From Camelus ferus (lineage: Eukaryota), in contig NC_045697.1 of the NCBI RefSeq assembly GCF_009834535.1, positions 85,252,001 to 85,316,000 on the forward strand: a DNA stretch of 64,000 bases, written 5' to 3'. A program made the position numbers and the translations under genes. The notes under the pieces are model-generated. The model worked only from the letters and a program-made list of their open reading frames with translations, was not told the DNA's origin and searched no databases. This document shows positions 52,730 to 64,000 of this stretch, piece after piece. The first letter of the stretch is position 1. Each line of letters begins with the position of its first letter.

Positions 52730-54450
52730 GGCACAGAACTGCTGTAAGACATTCTTTCAAGTGGGCTGAGTAACAAACTGGAAAATAGCAGAAGAGCCAG
52801 TGCTGAGGACTGGAAAGCAGGGCATCCTGAGAAGAACCTGAAAGTCAGAGAAGGCCAGGGCCACAGCCCTCAGTCCTTCCTATCCTTGCAGCCTAGGGAA
52901 GTGCAAGGAGACCAGAGAGCCAACAGGCAGGGCATTGACAGTCTATCTGCCACTGCAGGCCCAAGGCAATAGAGGCCGCTCTGCTTAAGGGCAGGGCTGG
53001 TAGCACAGAGGGTTCTCCAATAACCAACCTTGGGCTTCAATAAAGCGAACAAGGCAAACTGCCTATACAAAGAGGCCCAGTTGCCTACAGACCAAGTAGA
53101 AAAATTAAATTCCTACCCTGTAAAAAAGGACTTCTGCAGGCGATGGATTACTTTAATTAAAGGAATATGTCAATTACATAAGGGGATTTAAGGAGATTCA
53201 AGTATAGCACTCAAAAAAAATTTTTAAGAGTGAAAAAACATAATTTCCCAGTCAAATACTTTTAGAGAATAAATTGAAAGACGAATAAAACAACCTGAGA
53301 ATCACTTACCCAGTCAGGAAATCCTTTACAGTCAGATGGGAAGGAGAGTCACTTGATGATATACACAGATTCAGAGAGAATATTATCCACAAGATTTAAT
53401 GAGAAAAAGAGCTGCAAAAAGTCTCTAATTTAACAAATGAATCAGAACAAAGGACAAAAATTAGTGAAGAAAATGAATACCCAGTGCATACACACACAAA
53501 ATTAATGTAAGACAACTAACTGGATATGTAGAATACACAAGCTAAATAACAACTCTTGAAATAACAAAGGACATACTTTCACAACAAGGGATGTAAGTAA
53601 CACACCACTGCATCAAAGCTCAGGATTTTGCGGGAAAGAAAGGCAGGAAGATAAAAGCATCCCCAAAGTTGCATGGCCGGTGGAGGTGGGGGGGGGGGGG
53701 GAGCAGTGGGCAGTGGCAGGAAGAAAGGTGAAGAGGGAAGAAATAGAGAAATGAATATATTATGGAAGAAACTGTATGTTGTTGTGGAGAAAATGGCTGA
53801 GCTCCAGCTAGCAAATTAAAAAATCATGTGCATCTGATTATGAAAGAAGGGAAGAGTAAGTAAATTATTACAGAAAAAGAGGAGTAGAACTAACAAAGTA
53901 AGAAGAGGGGGAGAGGAATGAACAGTGACTTGAACAGACAGCAAAAATAAGAAAAATTAAGAGTAAGTTACAACAATATAAACATAAAGAAAGATGACAA
54001 GAATAAAGTCAATTATATCAGCCATTACACTAAACGTGAAAGAGTTAAATGTTCTCATTAAATGAGAGACTGTAATACTGTTTTATGAAATGTAACCTAT
54101 CTATATATGATTACAAAAAAGACAAAAGAAAATGATAAAAATAAATTAAAATGTGTAGATGAAGATATAACGATAAAAGCAAAGAAAAGAAAGGCAATAG
54201 GGTCAATATCAGATAAGGTTAAGTTAACGGCTGAATGCACTGAACAGAATAAAGCAGAACATTATGTAATGATATAAAGTATATATATGAAGAACATAGG
54301 GCAGCGAGAAACCAGCAGCATAAAAATATCAGAAATGCAAGAACTAGAGTGAGTGACTTTAAAATATCTTTCAAAGTTGGACAGATTCAAGTAATAAAAA
54401 TAGTAAGAATATACAGAAGATGCCATTAATCTTAAAACTTCCAAAGTTCA
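52730..54450 (+). mobile_element. Highly decayed L1/HAL1-like sequence
   Basis: Strongly A-rich + strand; tatcagccattacactaaacgtgaaagagttaaat..ctcattaaa resembles the start of ORF2. Confidence 0.45.
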
Positions 54451-56650
54451 ATATCTATCAAGGATTTAGAAAGACTATCACTCCTACCCTAATAATAAGA
54501 AAGGCTAATAAACTATAAAATCATAACTTTTCTTGAGGAGAGCACTAGCTTACCTAAGGCAGATCACAGAAGGAAGAGCTGCTGGCCACCATTCAACCAA
54601 GTGAGAAATCAGCTAACATTTTAATGCTTTGCTAAAGAAGGCATGTGAGGTAGCTTGACTGTACAGACTGCTGGAAGCCCCAGACCCAAGGGAGTTCACA
54701 CACAGTGGCAGATTCTTTTCCAAGGCCCTCCCCATATAAGGAAGACTGGGGCACAGAAAGGAGGAGAGAGCACCTCCTGCAGTGGCGCAGGCACGCAGAA
54801 GGAGAAGAGCAGCTCTGCATGAATGCACAGCACCCCACATCTCCTGCCCGGACTTTTCTCTCATATAAGGAGAAGCCTTAAGCTACCACAAGAAACGCAG
54901 CAAACTCTGTCACGTCCAGGATGCAGATAAAGATCCACTGCTGCTGAAGGAAGGGCAGGAAGCAGTGCAGACTCAGGGACTTACACCACAGCCCTCAAAA
55001 GGCTCCTATCATTGGATAAGGGATAGGAAACGCTCTTCCACAGAACACCAACCACTAATACAAGACAAATGTTTGTCCCCTATGAGAAAGAGAGGTAGGG
55101 ATGCTATAGAAACCCAACTCCCAGAGCTCAGGCTGATACACCCTAGATAAGAATGAAGCTGGACCAAGACAGAGAACAGAGAGCCTCAAATAACAACCCA
55201 GCAGTCTACTACAGGGGAAGGGCAAGAGCATGCCAGCAAGGTGAGAGAACCCCTCTCCAGAGCGGGCATTCAGGGACAGAAGAAAGCTGAGTGTAGAGTA
55301 TAAACACTGAGAAAAGCCTGGAGCACCCCAGCCACCACCCTAATCACAAGGGAACTCTAGAACCTGAGGCCTGTGGTGCACTGAAAATAACAAGAACAAC
55401 ATAATGCAAACCCACTTCAGCCTCCTAACTAGAATGATCCAAACTCCCACACTAACAGCCGAGCAAAATAAAACATGTGCATATTCCCAAGCATAAATTC
55501 TGCTTACTGCACTCAGTTATTCCACAGATGACATTGGCATTCAATCAAAATTACAAGACATACAAAAATACAAACAAGCAAGGAAGCACGGGGAAAATTA
55601 GTCCATTGCAAAGAAACAGAGCAATCAACAAAACCAGACACAGAGATGACACAGGGACTTCAACAAAAGTTATGATTAATTTGTTAAAGAACCTACAAGA
55701 AAAGGCAGATGACATGAAAGAGGATAGGGGAGACTTCCGCTGAGACATGGAAACTGTTACAGAGAATCCAGTGGAAATGCTAGAAAAAAAAAAAAAAAAA
55801 GGTTTCAAAGATGAATTCCTTTGACACTGAAAACCCAACACAGCTAAGAAAAGAAGAAGTAAACTTGAAGACAAAGCAATAGAAATTATCTACACTGAAA
55901 CATAAAATGAAGAAAAAGGGGGGAAAAAACAGAACAAAAAATATAATCACTGTGGGACAATATCACATCAATTGGCCTGACATACAGGTAACTGAAGTCC
56001 CAGAGGAGGAGAGAAAGTTTATGTCAAAAGTAATATTTGAAGAGGTAATGCTAAGAATTCTCCAAAAATGATAAAAAGACATCAAACCACATATGAAGAA
56101 GCAAGATTTTAAAAAAAAAATTTAAACACATCATATTCAAACTGCTAACATTCAAAAAAACCTAGAATAAACTTGAAAGTAGAGGGACAGGTTACATATA
56201 GAACATAAGATTTACAGCAGACTTCTTGTCAGAAACTGTTTAAGCCAAAAAACAAACAACAACAAGAAAACAAAAATCCATAAGTAAGCGATAGCTTTAA
56301 TGTAATGGGGGAAAAAAAACCCATCAGCTTGGAGAACATGAATTTCAAACATAAAAGTAAAATACTTTTCTCAGACAAACAAAAGCTGAGTAAATTCACC
56401 GCCCACAGACTTGCAATACAAAAAATGTTCAAAGAACACTGCTTAGGCATGAGGAATGTGATACCAGAAAGAAACTTAGTTCAAAACAAAGAAATAAAGA
56501 GTTCCAGAAATGGTTAATAATAAAGGCAAGTAACATAGTTTGTCTTATTTTTTAATTGCTTTAAAAGATAACTAATTGAAGTTCTAAGGAAAAAATAGTA
56601 AAAATGTACTGGAAGCTTTATAACATCAAACAGATGAAAATAAAGGATGG
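54450..56650 (+). mobile_element. L1M 5' region and decayed ORF1
   Basis: aaacttgaagacaaagcaatagaaattatc; ctgaagtcccagaggaggagaga; cagcagacttcttgtcagaaac; ttttctcagacaaacaaaagctgag (FSDKQKL, ORF1 C-terminus). Confidence 0.8.
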
Positions 56651-56669
56651 GAAGGAGGCGTTGCAGGAC

Positions 56670-57640
56670 TAACAAATGTATCTCACTGCCTTTTTGACCC
56701 CTCACCCTGTTGTCTAACAGACATCTCAAAATCAACATGCCTTAAACCCAACTCCTGATCTTTCCCCTTCAAACCTGCTGCAACCACAATCTTCCCCCTC
56801 TTAGCTGTTGGCTGACAATTCAATCCTCCCAATTTCTCAGGCTAAAATCCTTGGAATCATCCTTGATCCTTCCCTTTCTTCCACTTATCTCATCACCATA
56901 TTCTGTGTTCAAACTACACTTCCAAGCTTGCCACCATCTTGGTCTAAGCCACCGTCACCTCTCACATGGACTTCTGTGAAAGCACCCTAACAAGCCTCCC
57001 AGGTCACACGCTTACCCTGTGGTCACCTGTTCTCAACACAGCAGTCAGACTGATCTTCATAAAGTCAAGTCAGATCATGTCACCCTTCTGCTCAAGACCC
57101 TGCAGTGGTTCCCCATTTCACTCAAAGTATCACCAATGGCTCTACAATGGCCTAAAAGGCCCCAAGAGATGCAGGCCTAGTGCCTTTCCCTTCACTCTCT
57201 CTCTGAGCTCTTCCCCTAGTACTTGGCCCCCTCGCCAAGTCCATTCCAGCCTCACTGATCTCCTTGTTCCTGGAACACAACAGGCCAACTCCCATCGCAG
57301 GGCCGTTGCTCTAACTGCTGCCTAGATTACTCTCCCCCTAGAAATCTCTGGCTACTTTCCTCCCATCCTTTAAGCCATTGCTCAAATTTCCTGTTTAGTG
57401 AGGATTCACTGGACCACCTATTTAGAATAACATCCCCCCATACATACCTATAGAATCTGCCAAGTCAACAATACCCAGCTCTACTTTTCCTTGTTTCTAT
57501 AGCACTTGTCACCTTTTAACATAGTATAAAACTTATCTCATGGTTCACTATTAATCTTCTGTCTCCTCTCACTAGAATGCAACTTCCACAAAAGCCAGAA
57601 TTTCTGTTTTGTTCACTATTGTATTCCAAATGGCTAATAC
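56670..57640 (-). mobile_element. L2a LINE 3' portion
   Basis: tgtctaacagacatctcaaaatcaacatg..aatccttggaatcatccttga..tctcaacacagcagtcagactgatc..ctgtctcctctcactagaatgcaacttcca. Confidence 0.85.
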
Positions 57641-57959
57641 AGATCTTGATAATACAACTGTGTAAAACAAGACCTAAAGAAATGAAAATTATGGCACACT
57701 CTCCATGTAGAATTTGTTCAGTTATTAAAAGTAACAAATTAGAGCCAAAGCAAATTACTTAGAAGGATTTCTACCAGATACTGTTGAATGAAAAGTGCTA
57801 GGTGAGAAAATGAGTTTACTCTTTTCTCATTTTTTGTAAAATAACTTGTCAAAACTGTATGAGTAAGTGTATGTCTGTCCTTGTGGAAATGAGCACAGAT
57901 CCAGTATTTTATCAGTATGAAGAAAAATAATTTTTGGTCTTTTTTTAGTGAAAAGGATG

Positions 57960-58190
57960 TATGGAATTATCTGAGTTCAAATTAATCCCTTTGTTGGGTA
58001 TATAACCTTCCTCACAATCAGTTTCCTCATCTATAAGACAAGGGTAACAATGGCCACCTTGAAGGCTTGTTGTAGGGCTTAAATAATAACTGTGTAACGC
58101 ATCCAGTGACTGTCACTCACCCTTCTGTAACTAGCAACTAGCCCAGTGCCTAACAACTGCAGTTACTCAATAAATATTCATTGAAAGAAT
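57960..58190 (+). mobile_element. MIR fragment followed by an L2 3' end
   Basis: tcagtttcctcatctataaga..; gcccagtgcctaaca..actcaataaatattcattgaa. Confidence 0.6.
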
Positions 58191-59170
58191 TAACTGTATC
58201 TGTTAGAATCACCAAAAAGCCAAAATATGAAGCTGTGACAACACCAGGAAACACAAAGCCGCACTGAGTCGCTCTCAGAGTGCAAATGTGTGAACACAGA
58301 GAAGAGACAGCACATATGGCAGGCGTGATGGCAATTACCTTCCCTCTGACTATGTTTCCAGATTAGTTATCATCAACCACCGAGAACTACAAGCAAATAT
58401 CCACTGGCAGAATTTTTGTCCTAGCATAAAGGTCCATTGTTCCTTCACCAGAGTCACCTTTAAAGCTGATCAGCAAAACAACTTCCAAAAATCTAGTCTT
58501 CTTGTATTAACATTAATGCATGATGATTTTTCCTGTGTTTTTACTTTCCTTTCTTTTTGGGTTTCCTCTTTCCCACATGTTTTTCTAACCCTATGCAACT
58601 TGCCTCCCCACCTTTTTTTTTTTTTTTTTTTTTTTTTTAGTTTATTGTATTTTCACAAACTCAAATTTAAACCTTTCTTTCAGGTTTTTTTCACTTGGGC
58701 TTTTACCTCACCAAATGTCTTTGCTACAAATCCCTCAAAGAGAATGAAGATGCCTGCCTTGGTGGGAAGGAGAGGGCGTTGGTACTGCAGACGGAAGAGG
58801 AGCCTGAGATGCAGCTATGAGCTGTAGGACTCTGTGCAAAGCTTCTCCAGCTTCAGTCTTTATCTGTGAGAATGTGCAAATTGGATTCCCTCTGAAGTTC
58901 TGTTAAACACCATCATTTAGACCACGATCAGAACCTAGTCTTTCCCATTCTCCTTCTCACGGATATACCTTCTCTTCCAGGTTTTACTGCATGAAGGCCA
59001 ACCTTGTTGGCCTCTGCTAGAATCAACCCTGAAAACAAGGCAGAACAGTCATCAATCTGGTAGATTTGTAATGGGCATATTGTACTGGGACCAATTGTGA
59101 GAAAGATTCATTGTAAAATGTTCTATGTAATGTAGGCAAGGAAAAATTACACAAATTATACTTTGGAGCC

Positions 59171-59641
59171 ATGGTAGGATGTATTATGACCCACTGAAAT
59201 GTTTACATCCTCACCCCTCAAATCTGTGAATATGTTACTTTCCATGGTTAAAAGGGACTTTGCAGGTGTGATTACATTATGGATCCTGAGATGGGGAGAT
59301 TGTCCTGGATTATCTGGGTGGGCCCAATCTAATCACGAGGGTCCTTATAACAGGAAGCAGGAGGGTCAGGGTCAGAGGGAAAATAACTAATATCAGATGA
59401 TCAGAGTCACAGATGTAATGACAAAAGCAGAGGTCAGAAGGATGTGGGGCCATGAGCCAAGGAATGTGGGCAGCCTCTCGAAAACTACAAAAGGCAAGGA
59501 AGTAAATTCTCTCCAAAAGGAATCAACTCTGCCCACTCATTTTAGATTTATACCCTCCAGAACTGTAAGATAACAAATTTGCATTGTTTTAAGGCACTAA
59601 ATGTGTGGCAATTTGCTACAGCAGTAACAGGACACTAACAC
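59171..59641 (+). mobile_element. MaLR MLT1C/D-like solo LTR
   Basis: tgtgaatatgttactttccatggttaaaagggactttgcaggtgtgatt..gagccaaggaatgtgggcagcctc..cctccagaactgtaagataacaaattt..tacagcagtaacaggacactaaca. Confidence 0.88.
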
Positions 59642-60879
59642 CCCAGTGCTGCCAAGAAGTTCTTCCCTGAAACGCAGCTGTGGGTAAGATCCTAGGCAAG
59701 TTTGAACTAGGAACCTGCACTTGCTCATGAGAAGGGCAAAGTGTGGTAGGAGACTGCCCTAGGCTTCATGGGCACAGGCTGCCACTCAGGAGACCTTAGG
59801 CAAAAAGCATAGGGACAAGAGGGAAGGAAGCCAGGAACAGAGCTACCCCCGAGAGGCCAATTCACTGTAGCTGGTGTGGGTCAAGCTAAGGAGACCTGAG
59901 CCTCATCAGTGCTCTTAACTGCTTCTACTGCAAAGAGGGGACCGGAAATCTGGGAAAGGTATAATATTTATTTCATTTATATTTAGTTATTTCTGTTTTT
60001 GCTTGTCTTCAGCTTTCCTTTCAGTCTCTAGTTCTTTTTAAAAATACAAACTCAGCTCAGCTATGCTGAGAGTATGCAAGTTATAGGGCTTCTATATATA
60101 AAGGAAAATGACTAATGTCAGATGATCAGGTAAGGTGTTAGCCCACTAATGAAGAAAAAATTGGAAAAGGGAAAAAATTTAAAGTCAATGTAAGGACAAT
60201 TTTGACAAGAAGTAATCACTGAGCAAGTGTGTAATCTGTAAATTGGGGAAAATAGTAAACTTTTGACGACTGTTGCACAATAAAATGAGGTAACAATGCA
60301 AATGCGTAGTAAACAGAAAACGCAGATTTCAAAATGCGTGATTGTGTGTGACGGCCCCAGGTTGCCCACAGGCTCTGCTGTAAAAGGTGGTGCTTCACTG
60401 GAAATGTTTAAACAACTTCCTTGGTTTGAAATAAGGTGTGTTACGTGGTCTAGCCCTTAAAGGACTGCTTCAATTTTATTTCCTACAATTCTAGCTACAC
60501 ACCGTTCAACTCCAACCAAACTGATTAAGAGCACAAAAATCTGGTCAGACTCACTGAAATCTGTGTCATGGTGTATATCAAGCTAAGGAGACCCGAGCCC
60601 CCTCAGCGCCTGGCAAAATCAATCCATCTATACAATGCAATTTTGGACATTTAATATATTAAAAATGTATTTTTTAACCTTTGTACCGTTATTTCCTTTT
60701 TCCCAATGCTGTAAGTCCCAGAATACAGTAAAAGAAACTTTCTGTCAATACTGTTTAGTGCACTGTCCTATTTGTATTAAATGCTTAGTAAATGTTGGCT
60801 GCTTTCAATGTGCTTTCACCAACGTATGGTATAGCTGAATGTACTGGTTTCCAATCTGGTAGACTTCACATGTAAGCAA

Positions 60880-61390
60880 ACTGTACCAAGATCTACCCAA
60901 CTAGTTAAGCTAAAAACTGAATCATCATACATTCTTCTCCTTCAATGGATCTCAATCAATCCAGTGGAAGATTCGGGTGTTTCTACCTCAAACTATACCT
61001 TGAATCCAAACAATTTCCTCTGTCCTCAGTACGACTGCCTCAGTCAAGCTCACTGAACCTCTTCCCTTGATATTCTCCTGGCTGGTTCTGCTCCCGCAGG
61101 TCTCATACAGATGTCACCTCCTCCATGAGGTCTTCCCTGCCAGCACACCCAAAGCAGGGGGCCTCACTTCCATTCACTCTTTGACGCATCACCTCAGTTT
61201 ACTTCTTTCACTTAACACATGACGTAATTATCTTGAGAATTTTCCCTTTTTTTTTTACCTGTTTACTGCCTGTCTCCCCACACAAGAAAACAAGCTCTAC
61301 GTGGACAAAGACCTCGTCTGTTTTGTCCACCCGTATATCCCCAAAGCCTAGCACAGTGCCTCACACATATGAATGATTAAATGACTGAAA
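60880..61390 (-). mobile_element. L2 LINE fragments
   Basis: agatgtcacctcctccatgaggtcttccctg..tgtctcccc..tatatccccaaagcctagcacagtgcct. Confidence 0.75.
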
Positions 61391-62625
61391 GTCAGAGGGA
61401 AAGAAAAACCAACAGCCTACAACAAACCTCAAGGAAATGAGACTGGTAGCAGTATATTTCCCATCAAATCACAGAATCCCAGAGCTTGAAGAAAACCTGT
61501 GGTTTACCTTTCCACTTTTGGAGTTCAGACATAATGTCAATACATCACCACTGATTAATCATATAAGCGAGAAATGGAAAATATGGTCATGATATAAAAA
61601 AATGTAACATAGTGAGGTGTTTACTTTTTATTGTATGTATACTTACTGTATCAGCTTTGAGGAACCAATATTAATTTTAATCTACTTAGTAATCTAGAAT
61701 TCCACATCTTTTTTACAACAGTAAACCGTGCTCATGAGATAGCATACTTAGCACAGGGTCTGACATGTGGCATCCCAAAACATTCATTTTATTATTTTTT
61801 TTTATTATTCTTGTCCTTAGCAAATTGCGAGGTGTATGAGTGAGAATGAACTCAGGCATCCTTTTCTTACCCAAGGGCTTTCCAACAGCTCTCATCCATT
61901 CTTTCTCCAAGAACAATGGCTCACACAGAAATATCTACCAGATGATCCTCTCTTCATGTAGTCTCTAATTTCCATCATGACAAGAAAAGGAAAAGAAGTC
62001 CTTTCCATTTCTTCTTCTTGTCATTTTATAAAATTTTATAGCAAAACAAGGAAAAAAGAGGAAGAAGAACCACAAGCAGCAGCAGGCCTACAAAAAAGAA
62101 TATGCCAAGGAAAAACCTAGCAAGACTACGGTGGAGCCAGGGAATTAGGTGACTCTGCATCAGGGACCCTACTCTAGGAAACAACACATAAAAAGGGGTA
62201 GGTCTAAAAGGATTCCCAGGGGTAAGGGAATCCCACATCAATCTGGTGAGTGCAGAGGGTCTAGCAAGATCCCTGCAGCCTCAGGAGAGGTCTGAATTAG
62301 ATTCTCTGAATTGAAATCAACCGATGACTTGAATTGCAATGATTTCTTAAAACAAAATTGTTATACAAGTATATGTGTTATAAAACTGTGCTACAATATC
62401 TGTAATTTCCAACATATATATCTAAAGTGATAGATTCCAAAATTTGTTTAGAATAGAGAACATAAAAACTTTTAAGTAAGGTCCTTAATAGAGCTACTGA
62501 AATACTTTCTATTCTCAGATCCTTTGATTAATAGCCAGAGTTAAACCTAATACAAGGTAACTTGAAAAATATTTGAGCATTGAGAAACTATATGCAAACA
62601 GGTAAGGGCTGCATTAAAAATATCA

Positions 62626-62690
62626 TAAATAAAATAAATATAAATAATAAATAAAATAAAATAAATTTAAAAATAAAATAAATAAAAATA
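62626..62690. repeat. A-rich (AAAAT/AAAT)n tract
   Basis: Read directly. Confidence 0.9.
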
Positions 62691-63819
62691 CAGTCAGCTT
62701 CAGCCTTACAGTACAGCTAAAATCTGCTATTCAGCTTCAGCTCTGTCTTCAGCTTCTGGAAGGCAAAGGAGCCTACTTCAAGGTCATTTCTGGCATCAGT
62801 GAACCTGCCCATGATCAATGACCTTATGATTGAGTATCTTGTGATCACAACTATGTTACTAATAGTATATCATTTAAATTTATTGCAAACATCTACAGAT
62901 TCACTTGAAATATAGGTAAGCATTCTAGATGTGACCTGGATGAAAATCTCCATGTGTTTTACAGGTTGAAGTTACATGAGCCAGGAAAAGATAAGTATCT
63001 CTTTAGTACTGTGATAATAAAATGTAGTAATACATGATTTTGGAAGCTGCTCATTCTATGCCCCAAAATAATTAAGAGCTTCCAAATAACTGAATTCACG
63101 GGAAAATAATTTGGAAATAATAAAAATATCAAAAGAATGTACATTGGCCAGCTGTTTCTAAAAACCTAAATAATAATATAAGGCAAAATAAGGAGTATTT
63201 AATAATTCTAATATTTGTACAATTTTTAGTATATTACTATGAATAACATTAAATAAAATAACATTTAAGAACTGTTTAATTTTTAACTAATTACATTTAG
63301 TCCTGAGACCTTGGCGAAAAATCCACCTGGGAATTTTCATACCTTGTGAGAAAGAACTCAAAGCAGAACTGCAACTTCTGCTTTGAAAGAATGTTGATTT
63401 TAACATTTATCCATTTGGCAAGAACACCTATTCAGTACACCTCTAATTCAGATCAAGTGTTAACTCCTGTTTTTCACCTTTGAGCTTTCTCCCAAACTCG
63501 CAACTGAAAGAGTAAATACGGGGTTTATTTTTTTCCAGTTTTACGCGGCGAGATGCTTACAGGCCATGCTGTCAGTGAAGGCCTTCTGAAGCACTTGGCC
63601 TCCTTTCCTCACCGGCTCTTCGGGTGAGGGGGTGGGGGAAGAGTCATGCTCAGAGGAAAGACATCCTACTGTCTCTGGGTGCATCTTGTGAACCTCTTGC
63701 CAGCACACCTTAACTGAACAAGCCTCCTCTTGCCCCAACCTCCATTTTTCAAAATATCTGCTAACAAATCGGGAGTGAGGGAGTGCTGGGAAGCTGGCCG
63801 ATATAGATAGATCTGGAAA

Positions 63820-64000
63820 GAACAAGGGCTTTGGAGTAGGAAGCGATGGGTTTGAAGCCTAACTCATTAACTTGGCAGGAAATTTAACCTCGAAGTACTG
63901 CCTTCTTCTCTCCTGCAGGAGGATTAATACTGTTCTCAGGGCAGTGCTGTGCCAATGAAGTTACTGACAGCGGTAAAGCACCAAGTCTGGGCCCTAGCAC
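63820..64000 (+). mobile_element. MIR SINE
   Basis: gggctttggagtaggaagcgatgggtttgaagcct..gtaaagcacc. Confidence 0.55.

Noticed and set aside
58994..59012. Hairpin AGGCCAAC-CTT-GTTGGCCT
   Set aside because: An 8-bp stem is expected by chance in 64 kb and is too short for a miRNA precursor.
61713..61916. ORF containing PLGKKRMPE, resembling PRDM5 exon 2 (FAGEKRMPE)
   Set aside because: Similarity covers only about five residues and the flanks do not align. The true exon 2 is at 45937-46020.
63540..64000. PRDM5 exon 1 or promoter CpG island
   Set aside because: CpG rises only slightly and no MLGMYVPDRF-coding sequence is present. The promoter is probably beyond the right edge.

Overview
This is mammalian genomic DNA, almost certainly camelid (alpaca/vicuna/camel), judged by two Vic-1-type tRNA-Ala-derived SINEs. 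The whole window lies inside the minus-strand gene PRDM5 (PR/SET domain zinc-finger protein 5). Two coding exons of the PR/SET domain are present with canonical AG/GT boundaries: exon 2 (45937-46020, 84 bp, missed by the ORF track) and exon 3 (20909-21031, 123 bp), separated by a 24,905-bp intron. I found neither exon 1 (expected beyond the right edge) nor exon 4 (expected beyond the left edge). The rest is intron rich in interspersed repeats: L1, L2, L3/CR1, MIR, MaLR/ERVL LTRs, hAT and Tigger elements, and microsatellites. Almost all ORF-track entries are chance frames or repeat-derived. I found no evidence of a new multi-gene system. The most interesting local signals are a TSD-flanked, tail-less internal L1 fragment, a chimeric L1 insertion, a hAT transposase fossil, a candidate distant-branch-point cryptic exon, a diverged 41-bp direct repeat, small CpG-dense patches and an apparent R43K change in PRDM5. 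Repeat family names come from remembered consensus sequences, and repeat boundaries are approximate unless a TSD is given.
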